From the human T2T-CHM13v2.0 reference genome, Homo sapiens, in assembly GCF_009914755.1 (NCBI RefSeq), contig NC_060934.1: 64,000 bases of DNA; one strand, written 5' to 3'. Below, piece by piece: positions 48,520 to 63,849 of this stretch; position 1 is the stretch's first letter; every line of letters begins with the position of its first letter. The notes under the pieces are model-generated. The model had not been told where the DNA came from, ran no database searches, and saw only the letters and a program-made list of their open reading frames with translations. The translations under genes and the position numbers were made by a program.

Positions 48520-48860
48520 TTGGATGGGCACTGAAGTTCTATAGTTCAGTGTTCTCCTGAGGCAGGGATTTTTTTAGAACATCCCTGGCAAGTACTTATC
48601 CAAATTCCACTGAACCGGAACCTTCCATGTGGCCAGCACTCCTATCTCTTACAAGGCAGGTTGTACAACTCTTACTGTTTAAACGGTGTTCCTTCCTTGT
48701 TTTGAAGGGAATCCCCCTCTCCATAACATCCATTCCTCAATGCTGACCACATTCTTTTTAATGACAGAGATCAGCTTTTCACAGGATGACCCTTTAACCT
48801 GGGGAGAGGAGTCCCTGAGCCTTCAGAACCCCGCCTCTCCAGGCTAAATAGCTATTTCAC
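48520..48860 (-). mobile_element. L3/CR1-like remnant
   Basis: aacatccctggcaag, aaggcagg, gatgaccctttaa, ctctccaggctaaa. Confidence 0.45.
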
Positions 48861-48893
48861 ACCCTTCCCCTTAGAAAGCAGAGTAAAGTGAGC

Positions 48894-49052
48894 AATGATG
48901 GCTCTTAACTTTGTTTGGGTCATTGTTCCCTTGGAAAATCAGACGCAAGCTAGGAACCCTCTTCCCTTCCTAATGAAAACGTGCATATGCGCATGCCCTT
49001 AAAAATGTACAATAATTTCAGGGATTGCAGAGTAGTAGGTTGAGAACCACAG
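48894..49052. mobile_element. MER103C-like hAT
   Basis: ctcttaactttgtttgggtcat, aagctaggaaccctctt, taatttcaggg, aggttgagaacc. Confidence 0.6.
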
Positions 49053-49183
49053 GGGCTCCTGGGGACACTCAGGTCATCTTGGGGCATCAAAGGCTGCTGA
49101 TCAGCACGGGGCTCCTAGATATAAGAGAGGAGTTGTCGGCTGGGTAGCAGAGGATGGGATTTGTTTTTGTTTTGATCCTTTTA

Positions 49184-49507
49184 TTTTATTTATTTACTTT
49201 TATTTTATTTTATTTTTTTGAGATAGAGTCGCACTCTGTCACCCAGACTAGAGAGCAGTGGCATGATCTCGGCTCACTGCAACCTCTACCTCCTGGATTC
49301 AAGCAATTCTCCTGCCCCAGCCTCCTGAGTAGCTGGGATTACAGGCACATGCCACTATGCCCAGCTAGTTTTTATTTATTTATTTTTAGGAGAGATGGGG
49401 TTTCACCATGTTGGCCAGGGTGGTCTCAAACTCCTGACCTCAGGGGATCCACCAACCTTGGCTTCCCAAAGTGCTGGGATTACAGGAGTGGGTCACCATA
49501 CCCAGCC
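49184..49507 (-). mobile_element. AluS
   Basis: full dimer; perfect 16-bp TSD tgttttgatcctttta. Confidence 0.95.
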
Positions 49508-52500
49508 TGTTTTGATCCTTTTAAATCAAGCAATTGACACCATGGTGTTTTGTTTGAAAAACTGAAAGCGGACAAATTTTGCTTAACTAAGGACTGTGGA
49601 TTTGCTGAGGATTTTATGAAGTCGTGTGCACTTTAGTGTCCCATTTTCCTTGAAGGCACCAGCACGGCTGGCCTCACATACTAACCTGGCAGGAGATCCC
49701 AGTGGCCAGCAGCTCTCTCCCTTCCTCTAACCACCCTGAGCTGTTACATGGTACTCATGTAACTGGACGAGCTATCAACCTCTCATCACTATAGCACGTT
49801 ATACTTTAGAATTAGCTGTAATAATACTGGAGCCTACAATAACCAGTGAAGAAGCAATAATTTAAAAAAAAATTTAATTTTGGGGAGTATATAGTAGGTG
49901 TATATATTTATGGGGTACATGAGATCTCTTGATACAGGCATACAATGCATACTAATCACATCAGGGTAAATGAGGTATCCATCACCTCAAGCATTTATTT
50001 CTTTGTGTTACAAACATTTCAATTATACTCTTTTAGCTATTTTAAAATGTACAATAAATTTTGGTTGACTGTAATCACGCTGTTGTGCTATCAAATACTA
50101 GATCTTATTTATTCTATCTAACTATATTTTTGTACCCATTATCCATCCCCCACTCCCCTGCTTTCCCTTCCCAACCTCTGGTACCCATCATTCTTCTGTC
50201 ATTTCCTTGAGCGTAATTGTTTTAATTTTTAGCTCCCACAAATAAGTGAGAATATGTGAAGTTTGTCTTTCTGTGCCTGGCTTATTTCACTTAATGTAAT
50301 GTCCTCCAGTTCCATCCATGCTGTTGCAAATGACAGAATCTCATTCTTTTTTATGGCTGAATAGTACTCCATTGTGTATATGTAGCACCTTCTCTTTATC
50401 CATTTGTTGATGGACACTTAGGTTGCTTCCAAATCTTGGCTATTAGGGAGAGTGCTGCAAAAAACATAGGAGTGCAGATATCACTTTAATATGCTGATTT
50501 CCTTTCTTTTGGACATATACCTAGCAGAGAGATTGTTGGATCATATGGTAGCTCTATGTTTCATTTTCTGAGGAACCTCCATTCTGTTCTCCATAGTGGT
50601 TATACTAATTTACATTCCTGTGAACATTGAACAAGAGTTCCCTTTTCTCCACATTCTCACCAGCATTCGTTATTGCTTGTCTTTTGAATAGAAACTATTT
50701 TAACTGGAGTACGATGATATCTCATTACAGTTTTTATTTTAATTTCACCAATGATCAATGATGTTCAGCACCTCTCCACACATCTATTTGCCATTTGTGT
50801 GTCCTCTTTTGAGAAATGTCTATTCAGCTCTTTTGCCTATTTTTGAATTCTATTATTGCATTTTTTCCTATTAAGTTGTTTGGGCTCCTTATATATTCTG
50901 ATTATTAATCCCTTGTCAGCTAGTTTGCACATCTTTTCTCCTATTCTGTGGGTGGTCTTCTCACTTTGTTGATTGTTTCCTTTGCTGTGAAGAAGCTTTT
51001 TAATTTGATGTGATACCATTTGTCCATTCTGCTTTGGTTGTCTGTGCTTTTGGGGTATTACTCAATAAGTTTTTGCCCAGACCAATGTCTTGGAGAGTTT
51101 CTCAAATGTTTTCTTGTAGTAGTTTCATAGTTTGAGGTCTTAGATTTAAGTCTTTAATCCATTTTGATTTGATTTTTATATTTGGTGAGAGACAGGGGTC
51201 TAGTTTCATTCTTCTGCATATGAATATCCAGTTTCCCCAGCACCATTTATTTAAGAGACTGTCATTTCCTTGGTGTATGTTCTTGGAAACTTCATTGAAA
51301 ATGAGTTCACTGTGGATGTATGGATTTATTTCTGGGTTCTTTATTCTGTTCCATTGGTCTATGTGACTGCCTTTTGCCAGCACCATGCTGTTTTGGTCAC
51401 TGTAACTCTGTGATATAGTTTGAAGTCAGGTAGTGTGATTCCTCCAGTTTTGTTCTTTTTGCTCAGAGTGGCTCTGGCTATTCTGGGTCTTTTGTGGTTT
51501 CATATAAATTTTAGGATTATTTTTTTCTGTATCTGTGAAGAATGCCATTGGTATTTTGATAGAGATTGCATTGAATCTGTAGATTGCTTTTACTAGTATA
51601 GACATTTTAGCAATATTGGTTCTTTCATTTTTTTGTATCCCCTTCAATTTCTTGCATCAATGTTTTATAGTTTTCATTCTAGAGATCTTCCACTTCTTTG
51701 GTTAATTCCCAGGTATTTTATTATATTTGTAGCTATTGTAAATGGGATTACTTTCTTGATTTCTTTTTCAGATTGTTCACTGTTGGCATATAGAAATGCT
51801 ACTGGTTTTTGTATGTTGATTTTGTATCCTGCAACTTTACTGAATTTGTTTATTAGTTCTAGTAGTGTTTTTTTTTTTTGGTGGAGTCTTTAGGTTTTTC
51901 CAAATATAAGATTATATTATCTGCAAACAAAAGTAATTTGACTTCTTCCTTTCCAATTTGGATGCCCTTTATTTCTTTCTCTTGTCTGATTGTTCTAGCT
52001 AGGACCTCGAGGACTATGTTGAATTACAATGGTGAAAGTGGAGATCCTTTTCTTATTCCAGATCTTAGAGAAAAGGCTTTCAGTTTTTCCCCATTCAGTA
52101 TGATACTAGGAGTGGGTCTGTCCTATGTGGCTCTTACTGTGTTTCAGCGTGTTTCTTCTATACCCAGTTTGTTGAGGGATTTTATCATGAAGTGATGTTG
52201 AATTTTATCAAATGCTTTTTTAGGATCAACCAAAATGATCATATGGTTTTTGTCTTTCGTTCTGTTGATATGATATGTCACATTGATTAATTTGTGTATG
52301 TTGAACCATCCTTTCATCCCTTGGATAAAACTCACTCGATCATGATGAATGATCTTTTTAATGTATTGTTTAATTCAGTTTGTTGTTGAGGATTTTTGCA
52401 TCACTATTCATGAGGTATATATATTCACACGTTTGTTGGTTTTGGTATCAGGGTAATACTGGCCTCGTAGAATGAGTTTGGAAGTATTCTCTCCTCTATT

Positions 52501-53783
52501 TTTTTTGGAACAGTTAGAGTAAGATTGGTATTAGTTCTCCTTTAAATGTTTGGTAAAATTCAGCAGCGAAGCCTTCAGGTTCTGGGCTTTTCTTTTCTGG
52601 GAGGCATTTTATTATGTCTATCTCATTACTTGTTATTGGTCTTTTCAGGGTTTAGATTTCTTCATGGTTCAACCTTGGTAGGTTGTATACTTCTAGGAAT
52701 TTCCATTTCTTCTAGGGTTTCCAATTTATTGGCATATAGTTGCTCATAGTAATCTCTAATGATCCTTTTTGAATTTCTGCAATATTAGTTATAATGTCTC
52801 CTTTTTTATCTCTGATTTTATTTATTTGGGTTCTCTTTCTTTTTTCCTTAGCCTGGCTAAAGGTTGGTTGACTTTATCTTTTCAAAAACCAATTTTCATT
52901 TCATTGGTCGTTTGTATTTTTTTGTTTCAGGTTAATTTATTTCTTCTCTGATCTTTATTTTTGTTTTCTTCTACTTATTTTGAGTTTGGTTTGTTCTTGT
53001 TTTTCTATTTCTTTAGACTGCATCATTAGGTTGCTTCTTTGAAGTTTTTCTTTCTTTCTTTTTTTTTTTTTTAGTGTAGGCACTTATAGGTAAAAACTTC
53101 CCTGTTAATATTGCTTTCACTGTATCCCACAGATTTTGGTATTTTGTGTTTTCATTATCATTTGTTTCAAGAAAATTTTAAATTTTGTTCTTAATTGCTT
53201 CATTGATCCACTGGTTATTCCAGAGCATGTTGTTTAATTTTCATGTTTCTGTGTAGTTTCAGTTCCTCTTGTTATTGACTTAAAGTTTTATTCCATTGTG
53301 GTCAGGGAAGTTACTTGATATGATTTTAATTTTTCTGAATTTTTAAAGACTTGTTTTGTGGCCTAACATATGGTCTGTCCTTCATAATAATCCATGTGCT
53401 AAAGAGAAGAATGTATATTTTGTAGCCATTGGCTGACATAGTCTGTTCATATCTATTAGGTCCATTTGGTCTATAGCACAGGTTAAGTCTGATGTTTCTT
53501 TGTTGATTTTCTGTCTGGCTGACCTGTCCAATGATGAAAGTGGGGTACTAATAATATTCACTTTATGTATCTGGGTGTGGCAGTGTCAGATGCATATGTA
53601 TTTACAATTTTTATATCCTCTTGCTTAATTGAATCCTTTATCATTGTATAATGACCTTATTTGTCTCTTCTTATAGTTTTTGTCTTGAAACTTTTTTGTC
53701 TGATATATAGTTAATCCTGCTTTTTTTGGTTTCCACTGGCATGGAATATCTTTTACCATCTCCTTTTTTCCAGTCCATGTGTG

Positions 53784-53829
53784 TCTTTATAGGTGAAATG
53801 TGTTTCTTTATAGGTGAAATGTGTTTCTT
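53784..53829. repeat. Perfect 21-bp tandem duplication TCTTTATAGGTGAAATGTGTT x2
   Basis: directly visible. Confidence 0.95.
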
Positions 53830-54151
53830 GTAGGCAACAGATTGTTGGGTTTTGTTTGTATAAATTCATTCAGCTACTCTATGTCTTTTGATTGAAGAGT
53901 TTAGTCCATTTACATTCATTATAATTATTGATAAGGAAGGACTCAATGCTGCCATTTTGTTATTTGTATTCTGGTTGTTTTGTAGTCTTCCCTCCCTTCC
54001 TTCCTGTCTTACTTTTCTTGAAGGTGATTTTTTTTTTTATCTGGTGGCATGTTTTAATTGCTTGCTTTTTATTTTTGTGCATCTGCTGCAGGCTTTTTGA
54101 TTTGCAGTTACCATGAGGCTTGCATATAACATTTGAAAACCTATTATTTTA

Positions 54152-54567
<416 letters not shown>

Positions 54568-57504
54568 TAAACTGATGACAATACTGATTACAAATACAAA
54601 CAAACAAACGATCAAAGAGAAAACTAATACAACTCTGGGATTTAACTTCACCTCCTTGCTTTTTAACTTTTTGTTGTTTCTGGTTATATCTTACTATATG
54701 ATGTCTTCAGGAGTTGTTGAGTTATCATTTTTTATAGTTTCATCTTTTAGTTTTTCTACTCAAGATATGAGTATTTTACACACCATAATTACAATGTTAT
54801 AATATTCTGTGTTTTTCTGTATACTTACTTTTACCAGTGAGTTTTGTACCTTCAGATGATTTCTTATTGCTTGTTGACATCCTTTTCTTTCAGAATGAAG
54901 AACTCCCTTTAGAATATCATATAGGACAGTTCTGATGTTGATGAAATCCCTTAGCTTTCATTTATCTGGGAAAGTCTTCTCTTTCTTTTTGAAGGATATG
55001 TTTGCTGGATATACTATTCTAGAATAAAAATTTTTGTTTCTCCTTTAGTGCTTTAAATATGTTGTGTCACTCTTTCTTGGCCAGTAAGGTTTCCACTGAG
55101 AAGTCTACTGCCAGACATATGGAGATCCTTTGTATGTTATTTGTTTCTTTTCTCTTGCTGCTTTTAGGACCCTTTCTTTATACTTGACCTTTGGGAGTTT
55201 GATTAGTAAATGCTTGATGTAGTCTTATTTAGGTTAAATCTGCTTGGTGTTCTATAACCTTCTCGTACTTGAGTATTGATATGTTTCTGTAGGTTTTGGA
55301 AGTTCTGTGTTATTATCTCTTTGGATAAATTTTCTACCCTGATCTTTTTCTCTCTCTCTGCCTCCTCTTTAAGGCCAATAACTCTTAGATTTTCCCTTAT
55401 GAGGCTATTTTCTAGATCTTGCAGGTGTGCTTCATTCTTTTTTATTCTTTTTTCTTTTATCTCCTCTGACTGTGTATTTTTTAATAGCTTGTCTTCAAGC
55501 TCACTAATTCTTTCTTCTGCTTGATAAATTCAACTATTAAGAGACTTTGATATATTCTTCGGTATGTCAATTGCATTTTTCAGCTCCAGAATTTCTGCTT
55601 GATTCTTTTTAATTATTTCAATCTCTTTGTTAAACTTATCTGATGGAATGCTCAATTTCTTCTCTGCCTTATCTTGAATTTCATTGAGCTCCCTCAAAAC
55701 AGCTATTTTGAATTCACTGTCTGAAAGGTCATATATCTCTGTCTCTTAGGATTGGTCTCTTATTTAGTTCGTTTGGTGTGGTCATGTTTTCCTGGATGGT
55801 CTTGATGTTTGTGGATGTTCATCAGTATCTGGGCATTGAGGAGTTAAGTGTTTATTATCGTCTTCACAGTCTGGGTTTGTTTGTACCCATCTTTCTTGGG
55901 AAGGCTTTCCCAAACCCAGTAATGGTGTGGCTCTTGCAGACTTATAGAGGTACCACTTTGGTGGTCTTGGTTAAGATCTGGGAGAATTCCCTGGATTACT
56001 GGGAAGAGACTCTTGTTCTCTTCCCTTACTTCCCCTTATTTTTCTCAGCATAGAGAGGGAAATGAAGTCTCTCTCTCTGTGCTGAGCTTCCTGGAGCTGG
56101 GGAAGGAGTGACACAAGCATCCCTGTGGCTAACACTGCTGGGAAGGCACCAGGTCAGACCTGAAACCAGCACAGCACTGGGTCTTGCCCAAGGCCTTGGG
56201 TGACTACTGCCTGGCTATTGCATATGTTCACTCGAGGCCCAAGGGCTTTACAGTCAGCAGGTAGTGAATCCTGCCAGGCTTGTGTCCTTTACTTCATTGT
56301 GGCAAGTTCCTCCTACCCTGGGCAGATCCAGAGATGCCATCCAGAAGCTATGGCCTGGAATTGAGGACCTTAGGAATCTACTTGATGCTCTATTCTACTG
56401 TGGCTGAGCTGGCACCCAAGCTGCAAGAGAGTATACTTCCCACTCTTCCCTCTTTTTTCCGTAAGCAGGAGGAATCTCTCCCTGTGGCACCGCAGCTTGG
56501 GATGTGCTGAATCACACCTGAAGTCAGCATGGCCCAATGCCTGTTCAGTACTGCCTAGCAACCACTGATGTTTATTCAAGGCCCAAGGGCTTTTTAGTTG
56601 GCAGATGATAATTCCTGCCAGGACTGAGTCCTTCCCTTCAAGGAAGCAAGTTCCCTTCTGGCCCAGGGTGTGTCTAGAAATGTCATTTGGGAGCTAGGAC
56701 CTGGAATGGGGACCTCAGGACTCTGCCTGGTGCCCTATTCTACTGTGGCTAAACTGATATTCAATTTGTAAGATAAACTCCTCCTTACTCTCCCCTCTCC
56801 TTTCCTGAAATGGAAGGTAGGAGTCTCTCCCAAAGCTGTGAGCTGCACTGCCTGAGGTTGGGGAAGTGATGATGCAAGGACTCCCCTGTCCACCCCAGTT
56901 CATGTCTCACTAGGTTGTGTACACCCCAAGTCCACTGGCTCCAGCCCAGCACAGCACCAGGACTTGTCCAGAAATTGTAATCCTTGTGGCTTAGACTGCC
57001 TTTCAAATTTATTTAGAACCCCATAACACTTTAGCCCACAGTGGTGGGGCTAGCCGGAACTCAGGTTCCTGACCACTTGGAGATGTGATTCTCTTCTGGC
57101 TAGGGCTGGTCTTAATGCTCCCTCCAAGACTACAGCTGATTTCTTCTCTGTGTTGCTTTCTGCTGTTACAGGGCAGCACTAAGTTCCAATACAAAGTACC
57201 ACAATCACTGTGCTTTCCCTTCACCAAGCACATAGATTCTCTCTCCATGCCATGCGGCCACTGCTGCTGCAGAGGGATGGGAGAGGGGTGGTGCTGGCAG
57301 TTCAAGACGGTCTTTTCTTCCCTCTTCAGTGCCACTTTCCTTAATGTGATGTTAAACCCAGGTACTGTGATTCCTCATCTGATTTTTCGTTCTTATGAAG
57401 GTATTTTCTTGTGTAAATAGTTGTTCAATTTGGTGTTCCTGCTAGATGGGACAATTGCTGGAAGGTTCTATTCAGCCATCTTTCTCTGCCTCTTCAAAGG
57501 AGTA

Positions 57505-57615
57505 ATTTTATTCTTGTTTTTCATAAATGAGTAAACCAAGACTCTGAGAAGACAAATGACTTGGCCATGGCCACAGAGATGGGTGTGTCTAGGACCCAGA
57601 AGGCTGGACTCCCTG
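57505..57615 (-). mobile_element. MIR (other half lies left of the L1, ~49820-49860)
   Basis: cataaatgagtaaaccaagactctgaga, aatgacttggccatggccacag. Confidence 0.6.
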
Positions 57616-59469
57616 CTACCCTCCCCAGCACCCTTTCATCCACACAGAGCTATTAACTTAGTGAGCTGGAATATAATCTCATTAAAATAGAATAAGAAGT
57701 ATCAGGACTCCTGGCCTTTCCAAACCTCACTTGTCTAAGGCAGTGACTTTGCCCTACAGAAGGGTTTGAAGACCTGGGAGCCAATTCTTTACTGATGGTC
57801 CCAGAGGAACCAGAGTTGACCAGAGGGGAGAAGCAGCCTTTGCCAGGGGAAGTAATCATGAAAGGAACTGATCCTGTCCACTGTGGGCAGAGGTAGTTTG
57901 CTGGACCCAGCTTTGGGGAGTGGCTTTCCTTCTCTGAGACTTTGTTCAAGGTCTAGGAATCTAAAATCCTGCCTCTGGGTGATTTGAACCCTGAGACTTG
58001 GGGCCAGATAACGTCTAACAAAAAACAAATTTTTTGAGAAATCACATCTTGCTCCTGGCCCCACCCAAAAACTGTGAGGACACCAGCCAGCTCCAGAGAG
58101 CTCTGCAGAGAAAAACCCGTAACAGGGGATGCCTGTGGCTGGTGCCCAGCAGTGTGTAGCTAATCTCTGCTTCCAGTTGTTTGATGCCAGTGTCTGCTCT
58201 ACTCCAGCAATGCCTGCTCCATATTTATGTTCCTCACTTTCCTTTCCGACCTTGAAAATGCCTGGAAACGGTTTCCTCTGTGGCTGCTGTTCGGAGCCTC
58301 AGTGGTGAAGTTTATTCACAGCAAGGCAGGAGCTGGCCACTCAGGCTTTGTGCTGAAGGGCTTTCTGGCAAAGAAATCACCCCACTCACTACCTGAGACA
58401 GAAGCCACGTCCAAGACAGCCCTTTCAGGCTGGCCAGAGAATGACCAGGAACTGCCCCTGTGTGCTTTGCTTTCTTCCAGGTGTCCACACAGCAGGAAGC
58501 CACACAACCTGGGCCACTGAGCTGAGTGTGTGAGTTGGGGGGCGGGGTTGTGAGAGAAACTAAGACAATCGGGACACACTGGGGAGGCTCTGAGGTGACA
58601 CCCCATTTTGTCTGTTAGGGACTTGCCCTGGCCTTACCCTTCACACAATGCTGGGCATTTTGGACACTGAGGTGGGATGACCAACAAGAAAATGAGGCAA
58701 ATTCTTCTCTCAAAATCTGTCAGTGAGATACTCAGAGCATTTGGGGAAAATTAATAAAACAACTAGCACTTGAAGACAATGTAGCTATTTGCTCTTTTTG
58801 AGCTTCATGGAATTTTTACTTTATGTATTTGGGGGCAATTTCTTCAAGAAGAATCTGGAAGATAACAAATGTCCAGGCTTGAATAGGCCTGTGTTATTTG
58901 CATGAATCCACAGAAAGGCACGGTCTGGAGGACCCAGGTGGGTTCAAGAGGGGTACAGTGCAAGACCCTGCTCACTGCTGGCACGTGGCCTCAGCACATT
59001 GCACATGAAATGTGTGCCACCCTCAGGGAAGCCACACATGGTACTCTGTCTTGTTCTTCTCTCGTACAGATGTCAGCTGAGGCCATGACTCAGGACTAGT
59101 TATAGACACGGCTCAGATGTGAGACTGCACAAGGCAAAGCCAACTTTCAACTGGCTGTACTGCCTAACCTGTGCATAGAGCAAGTAAGATGGGAATATTA
59201 ATGACAGGTGGTCTTCCCCTGCTCGTGGGGTTCTGTGACAACTGGAGAAGTAGCTGAGTGTAATGTGTGAAGCTAATAAGATGACTTTAGGTTGCATAGA
59301 GATGAGCCCTAGCTACTGATGGACTCACACAGTGGGGAAAGTTACTCCCTCTTCAATCCCCTTCAAATAATTCTGACTGCAGCCAGGGCCAAAGTCCCAG
59401 TTGGGCGTTAGCCTTTGACACCCATCTAATGCCATCCTCTGGCTCAGAACCTTCTGCAAAGGACAGCAT

Positions 59470-59689
59470 CAAGCTAGCTGTTAATAACATTGTCTTGTGC
59501 CCACTGTATTTGTTTTTATAGTTTTTTTTTCTTATTTTGGTCAAGGAATACTTATTTTCCATTTACAGAGTGACACGAAACTTGAAAATCGATGTATTGT
59601 TTTATGAAGGGTAATCAATTGAAAGAAAAAGATTAATTAATTAATTGGATAGGTGGTGCACAAAATTCACGAAGGTTTGGAAAACACTG
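59470..59689. mobile_element. MER113-like hAT-Charlie remnant
   Basis: tacttattttccatttac, aggtggtgcac; ends gtttggaaaacactg. Confidence 0.5.
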
Positions 59690-60615
59690 ATACAAGACTG
59701 ACAGTGCAGACTTGGCGCTGAACCCTTGCTCTGCCATTTCCTAATGATATAGTCTTGTACAGGCCATTTAATGATTGGTAATTACATGAGGTAAGAGATA
59801 TGGGAGTTCTCCTTGATCTGTAAGATAACAGTCAATGATTCTTTATTGTTACTTAATGTTTTTGAATCATTATATTAAATAGAAAGTACCAAATCTCAGT
59901 CACACTTGAGTTTTCCTTGTTGCTATGACCACTATGCATAGACAGGGCATATGCAGAGAGCCACCAGCACCCAGATACCGAAGGATCAGACTCAGGGAGG
60001 AGTTTTGGATGGAGACTAGAGCAGAGGGGGAAAGGCTGATGGTCCTGCCCTGGGGCAGGAATTTCAGAGCCATCATCACACCAATAGCTTCCTGATGGTG
60101 TCGTAAACACAACTGGTTGTCAGCTGGGCCGGGGCACAAGCTGCTGGTCTTCCACCACCAAGGAGGGGATGAAACCATCACCACAGTCAACACAACGAAC
60201 ATAAACACTTCTTCGCAACCCTCACTGCCCTCCTCATCCCCAGACAGATCTGCTTTCTGTCACGATAGATGAATACACATTTCATGGAATTTTGTATAAA
60301 CAGATGTACGCATTATGTACTTTTTGTCTTGCTGCTTTCACTCAAAATAGTTATTTTGAGATTCATCTATGTTGCTGTATCAGTAGATCATTCCATTGTA
60401 GTGCTGATTCCATCACACAGATATACCACAATTTGTTTATACATCCTCCTGTTGATGGATATTTGTATTTTTGTCTAGCTTTTGATTATTATAAGCAAAG
60501 CTGCTATAAACATTCGTGTACAGTCTTTTTATGACCATAGGCTTTCATTTCTTATGAATAAATACTACAAACGTAATGGCTGGGTCATATGGTAGATCTA
60601 TGTTTCACTTTTTAA

Positions 60616-60936
<321 letters not shown>

Positions 60937-61361
60937 CGGACAAAATGTTTTCAAAAGTAGTTGTATCATCTTACATACCAACTAACAGCATGTGAGGATT
61001 CATTCCAGTGCCTCCAAATCCTCACCAGCTTTTGGTATGGTCAGTCTGTTTCACTTTAGCCATTCTGATGATGCATAGTGACATCACATTGTGGTTTTCC
61101 TCTGTCTTTCCCTAACTGAGTAATGTTAAGCACTTTTTCTGTGCTTCTTGTCATAGTATATCTTCTTTGGTAAAGTGTCTGTTTAAATATTTTTCCCATT
61201 TTTAAATTGGGTTGTGTTTCCTCTTATTACTCAGTTGTAAAAGTTCTCTCTATATTCTAGGAACAAGTTCTTTGTCAGATAAATTTTTACAAATATTTTC
61301 TTCCAGTCTGTGACTTGCCTTTTTATTTTCAAAACAGTGTCTTTTGAAGAAGAAAAATGTT

Positions 61362-61522
61362 TTATTTTAATTTTATTTTACTATTATTTTATCTTATTAA
61401 ATAAACGAGATGGGGGTCTTGCTACGTTGGCCAGGTTGGTCTTGAATTTCTGGCCTCAAATCATCCACCACATCGGCTTCTCAAAGTGCGAGGATTATAG
61501 GTGTGAGCCACCCCAGCTGGCC
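61362..61522 (-). mobile_element. FLAM / Alu left monomer
   Basis: T-rich tail then gagatgggggtcttgctacgttggccagg...gtgagcca..tggcc; monomer only. Confidence 0.8.
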
Positions 61523-62615
61523 AAAAAATTTTAAATTTTAATGAAGTCAATGTACTAATTTTTTTATTTTATAGCTTGTGCTTTTTAAAATTTATTTTTG
61601 TTGTATTGAAGACATCTTTGCTATACATATGTCATCAGGATTTGCACCTATGTTTTCTGTGGGAGTTTTATAATTTTTTACCTCTTACATTTAGGCAAAA
61701 GATCCATTTCATGTTAATTCTTGTATATGCTGTGAGGTAAAGGTTGAGGTTTTTTTTTTTTTTGCATATGGAAATTCATTTATTCCAACACCTTTTACTG
61801 AAAAGACTGTCTCTTTCCCACTAAGTTGGCTTGGCACTCTGGGTGAAAACAAAATTGACCATCTATGTGTGGGTTGATTTCTGGACTCTATTCTGTTCAT
61901 TGATCTCTGTGTCTGTCTTCATGGCAATATCACACTGTCTTGATTACTGTGGCTTTTTAATAAGTCTTGTAATCAGACAGTGTAGACCCTCCAACTCTGT
62001 TCTTCTTTTTCAAAGTTGCTTTGGGTATTCTAGGTCCCTTGCATTTTCATATAAATTTTGGAGCCGGCTTTCCGGTTCCAGCTTGCCTTCCTGCATGATG
62101 AGGGGTCGAGGCATTTCCTGGTTTAGTTGGGCATCTCAGGAAGGTGGTGAGTACAGCCCCTCTACTGTGTAAAACAACAGGCAGGGGAAGATGACTTGTG
62201 TCTGTTTCTCTCTCTCTTTCCCTATACCCTTTCCCCCTCACTTGTATAATTACTCCAGGAATACTTCTGGCAATTAAAATTCTTGTTATATAATCATAGT
62301 CTATGTCAAGCATGTCTTCATGGTTGAATCTCTTTCTCTCATCTAGACGCCAGCAATCAGGATTTGCAGTACAGATGAAGACTGTGGAACACTTATTTTA
62401 ATGGGCTAGAAGACTTCCTGGCATGTTTTGAGTAAATTGTGCTACTGTCATGCAGAACTGGATTAATGTCTGTCTTATAAATAAGACCCACCTGGTATCA
62501 CTCTGTTTGCAAAGTGTAGCAGCCAGTGTCACCGGTTATATCTCCGTCTGCTGTGTTAGGAAGCATTCTTGTCCTGTTTTATTTTTCCCTCAGAAGTATA
62601 GAAAAAGGACCTCAT

Positions 62616-62907
62616 GCCAGGTGTGGTGGCTCATGCCTGTAATCCCAACACTTTGGGAGGCCGAGGCGGGTGGATCACGAGGTCAGGAGATCAAGACCAT
62701 CCTGGCTAACACGGTGAAACCCCATCTCTACTAAAAATACAAAAAAATTAGCTGGGCGTGGTGGCGGGCACCTGTAGTTCCAGCTACTTGGGAGGCTGAG
62801 GCAGGAGAATGGCGTGAACCCAGGAGGCGGAGCTTGCAGTGAGCCACTGCACTCCATCCAGCCTGGGTGACAGAGAGAGAATCCGTCTCAAAAAAAAAAA
62901 AAAGAAA
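62616..62907 (+). mobile_element. AluY
   Basis: accatcctggctaacacggtg, gaatggcgtgaacc, gagcttgcag; perfect 16-bp TSD agaaaaaggacctcat. Confidence 0.95.
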
Positions 62908-63088
62908 AGAAAAAGGACCTCATATGATGGGTCCAAGAAAGCTTTGCCTCATAGCCTGGAGCTGATGAACATAGAATCCAACCCCACCAGCCATTCCAGG
63001 ACACAGAACGGGACAAGGGTGAGAGGTGTGAGGTGTGTAAAGGATAATAATAGCCAGTAAATGGCCCTAAGAGTGAGTGTCACATTAA

Positions 63089-63385
<297 letters not shown>

Positions 63386-63849
63386 TACATTAAATTTTGT
63401 ATCCTAGGTGCCTTATGCTCTTCACCCTAGCATAAGGTGGCCAGGTATAGTTGGCAGCAGGATGTTTAAAAAACTGCATTGCATCTCAGTCCTTAAGCAC
63501 TCTCATTTTCAACCTAGGGTCAGGCATTCCCTACATTCTTAAGCATTGACTTAAAAAATTATCTTGGCCTTCCTATGCTACTCTCATCCCCAAAGAAAAC
63601 TAAAGAATAATAATAATTTTTAAAAACCTTCATTTCCTGAATTGAGGTCACGTAGTGGGTTTTAATAATTTATTTTTTCGTAAATGAAACTGTTCTTTTG
63701 TGGGGTACCTACTCTGTGCCAGGCACTGGACCATGATGGGGGAACGTGGCCTTACAAAGAGAGGGATAAGCTCATAACTCATTAAAGTCAAAAGGAAGCT
63801 GGAAGATGCTCTGTGAGACAATCCCACCACATCAAGGGCAGGGGGCACT

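Noticed and set aside
62081-62146. Possible small exon (ttccag| ... GTG|GTGAGT)
   Set aside because: Weak acceptor abutting an L1 end; such site pairs are common by chance.
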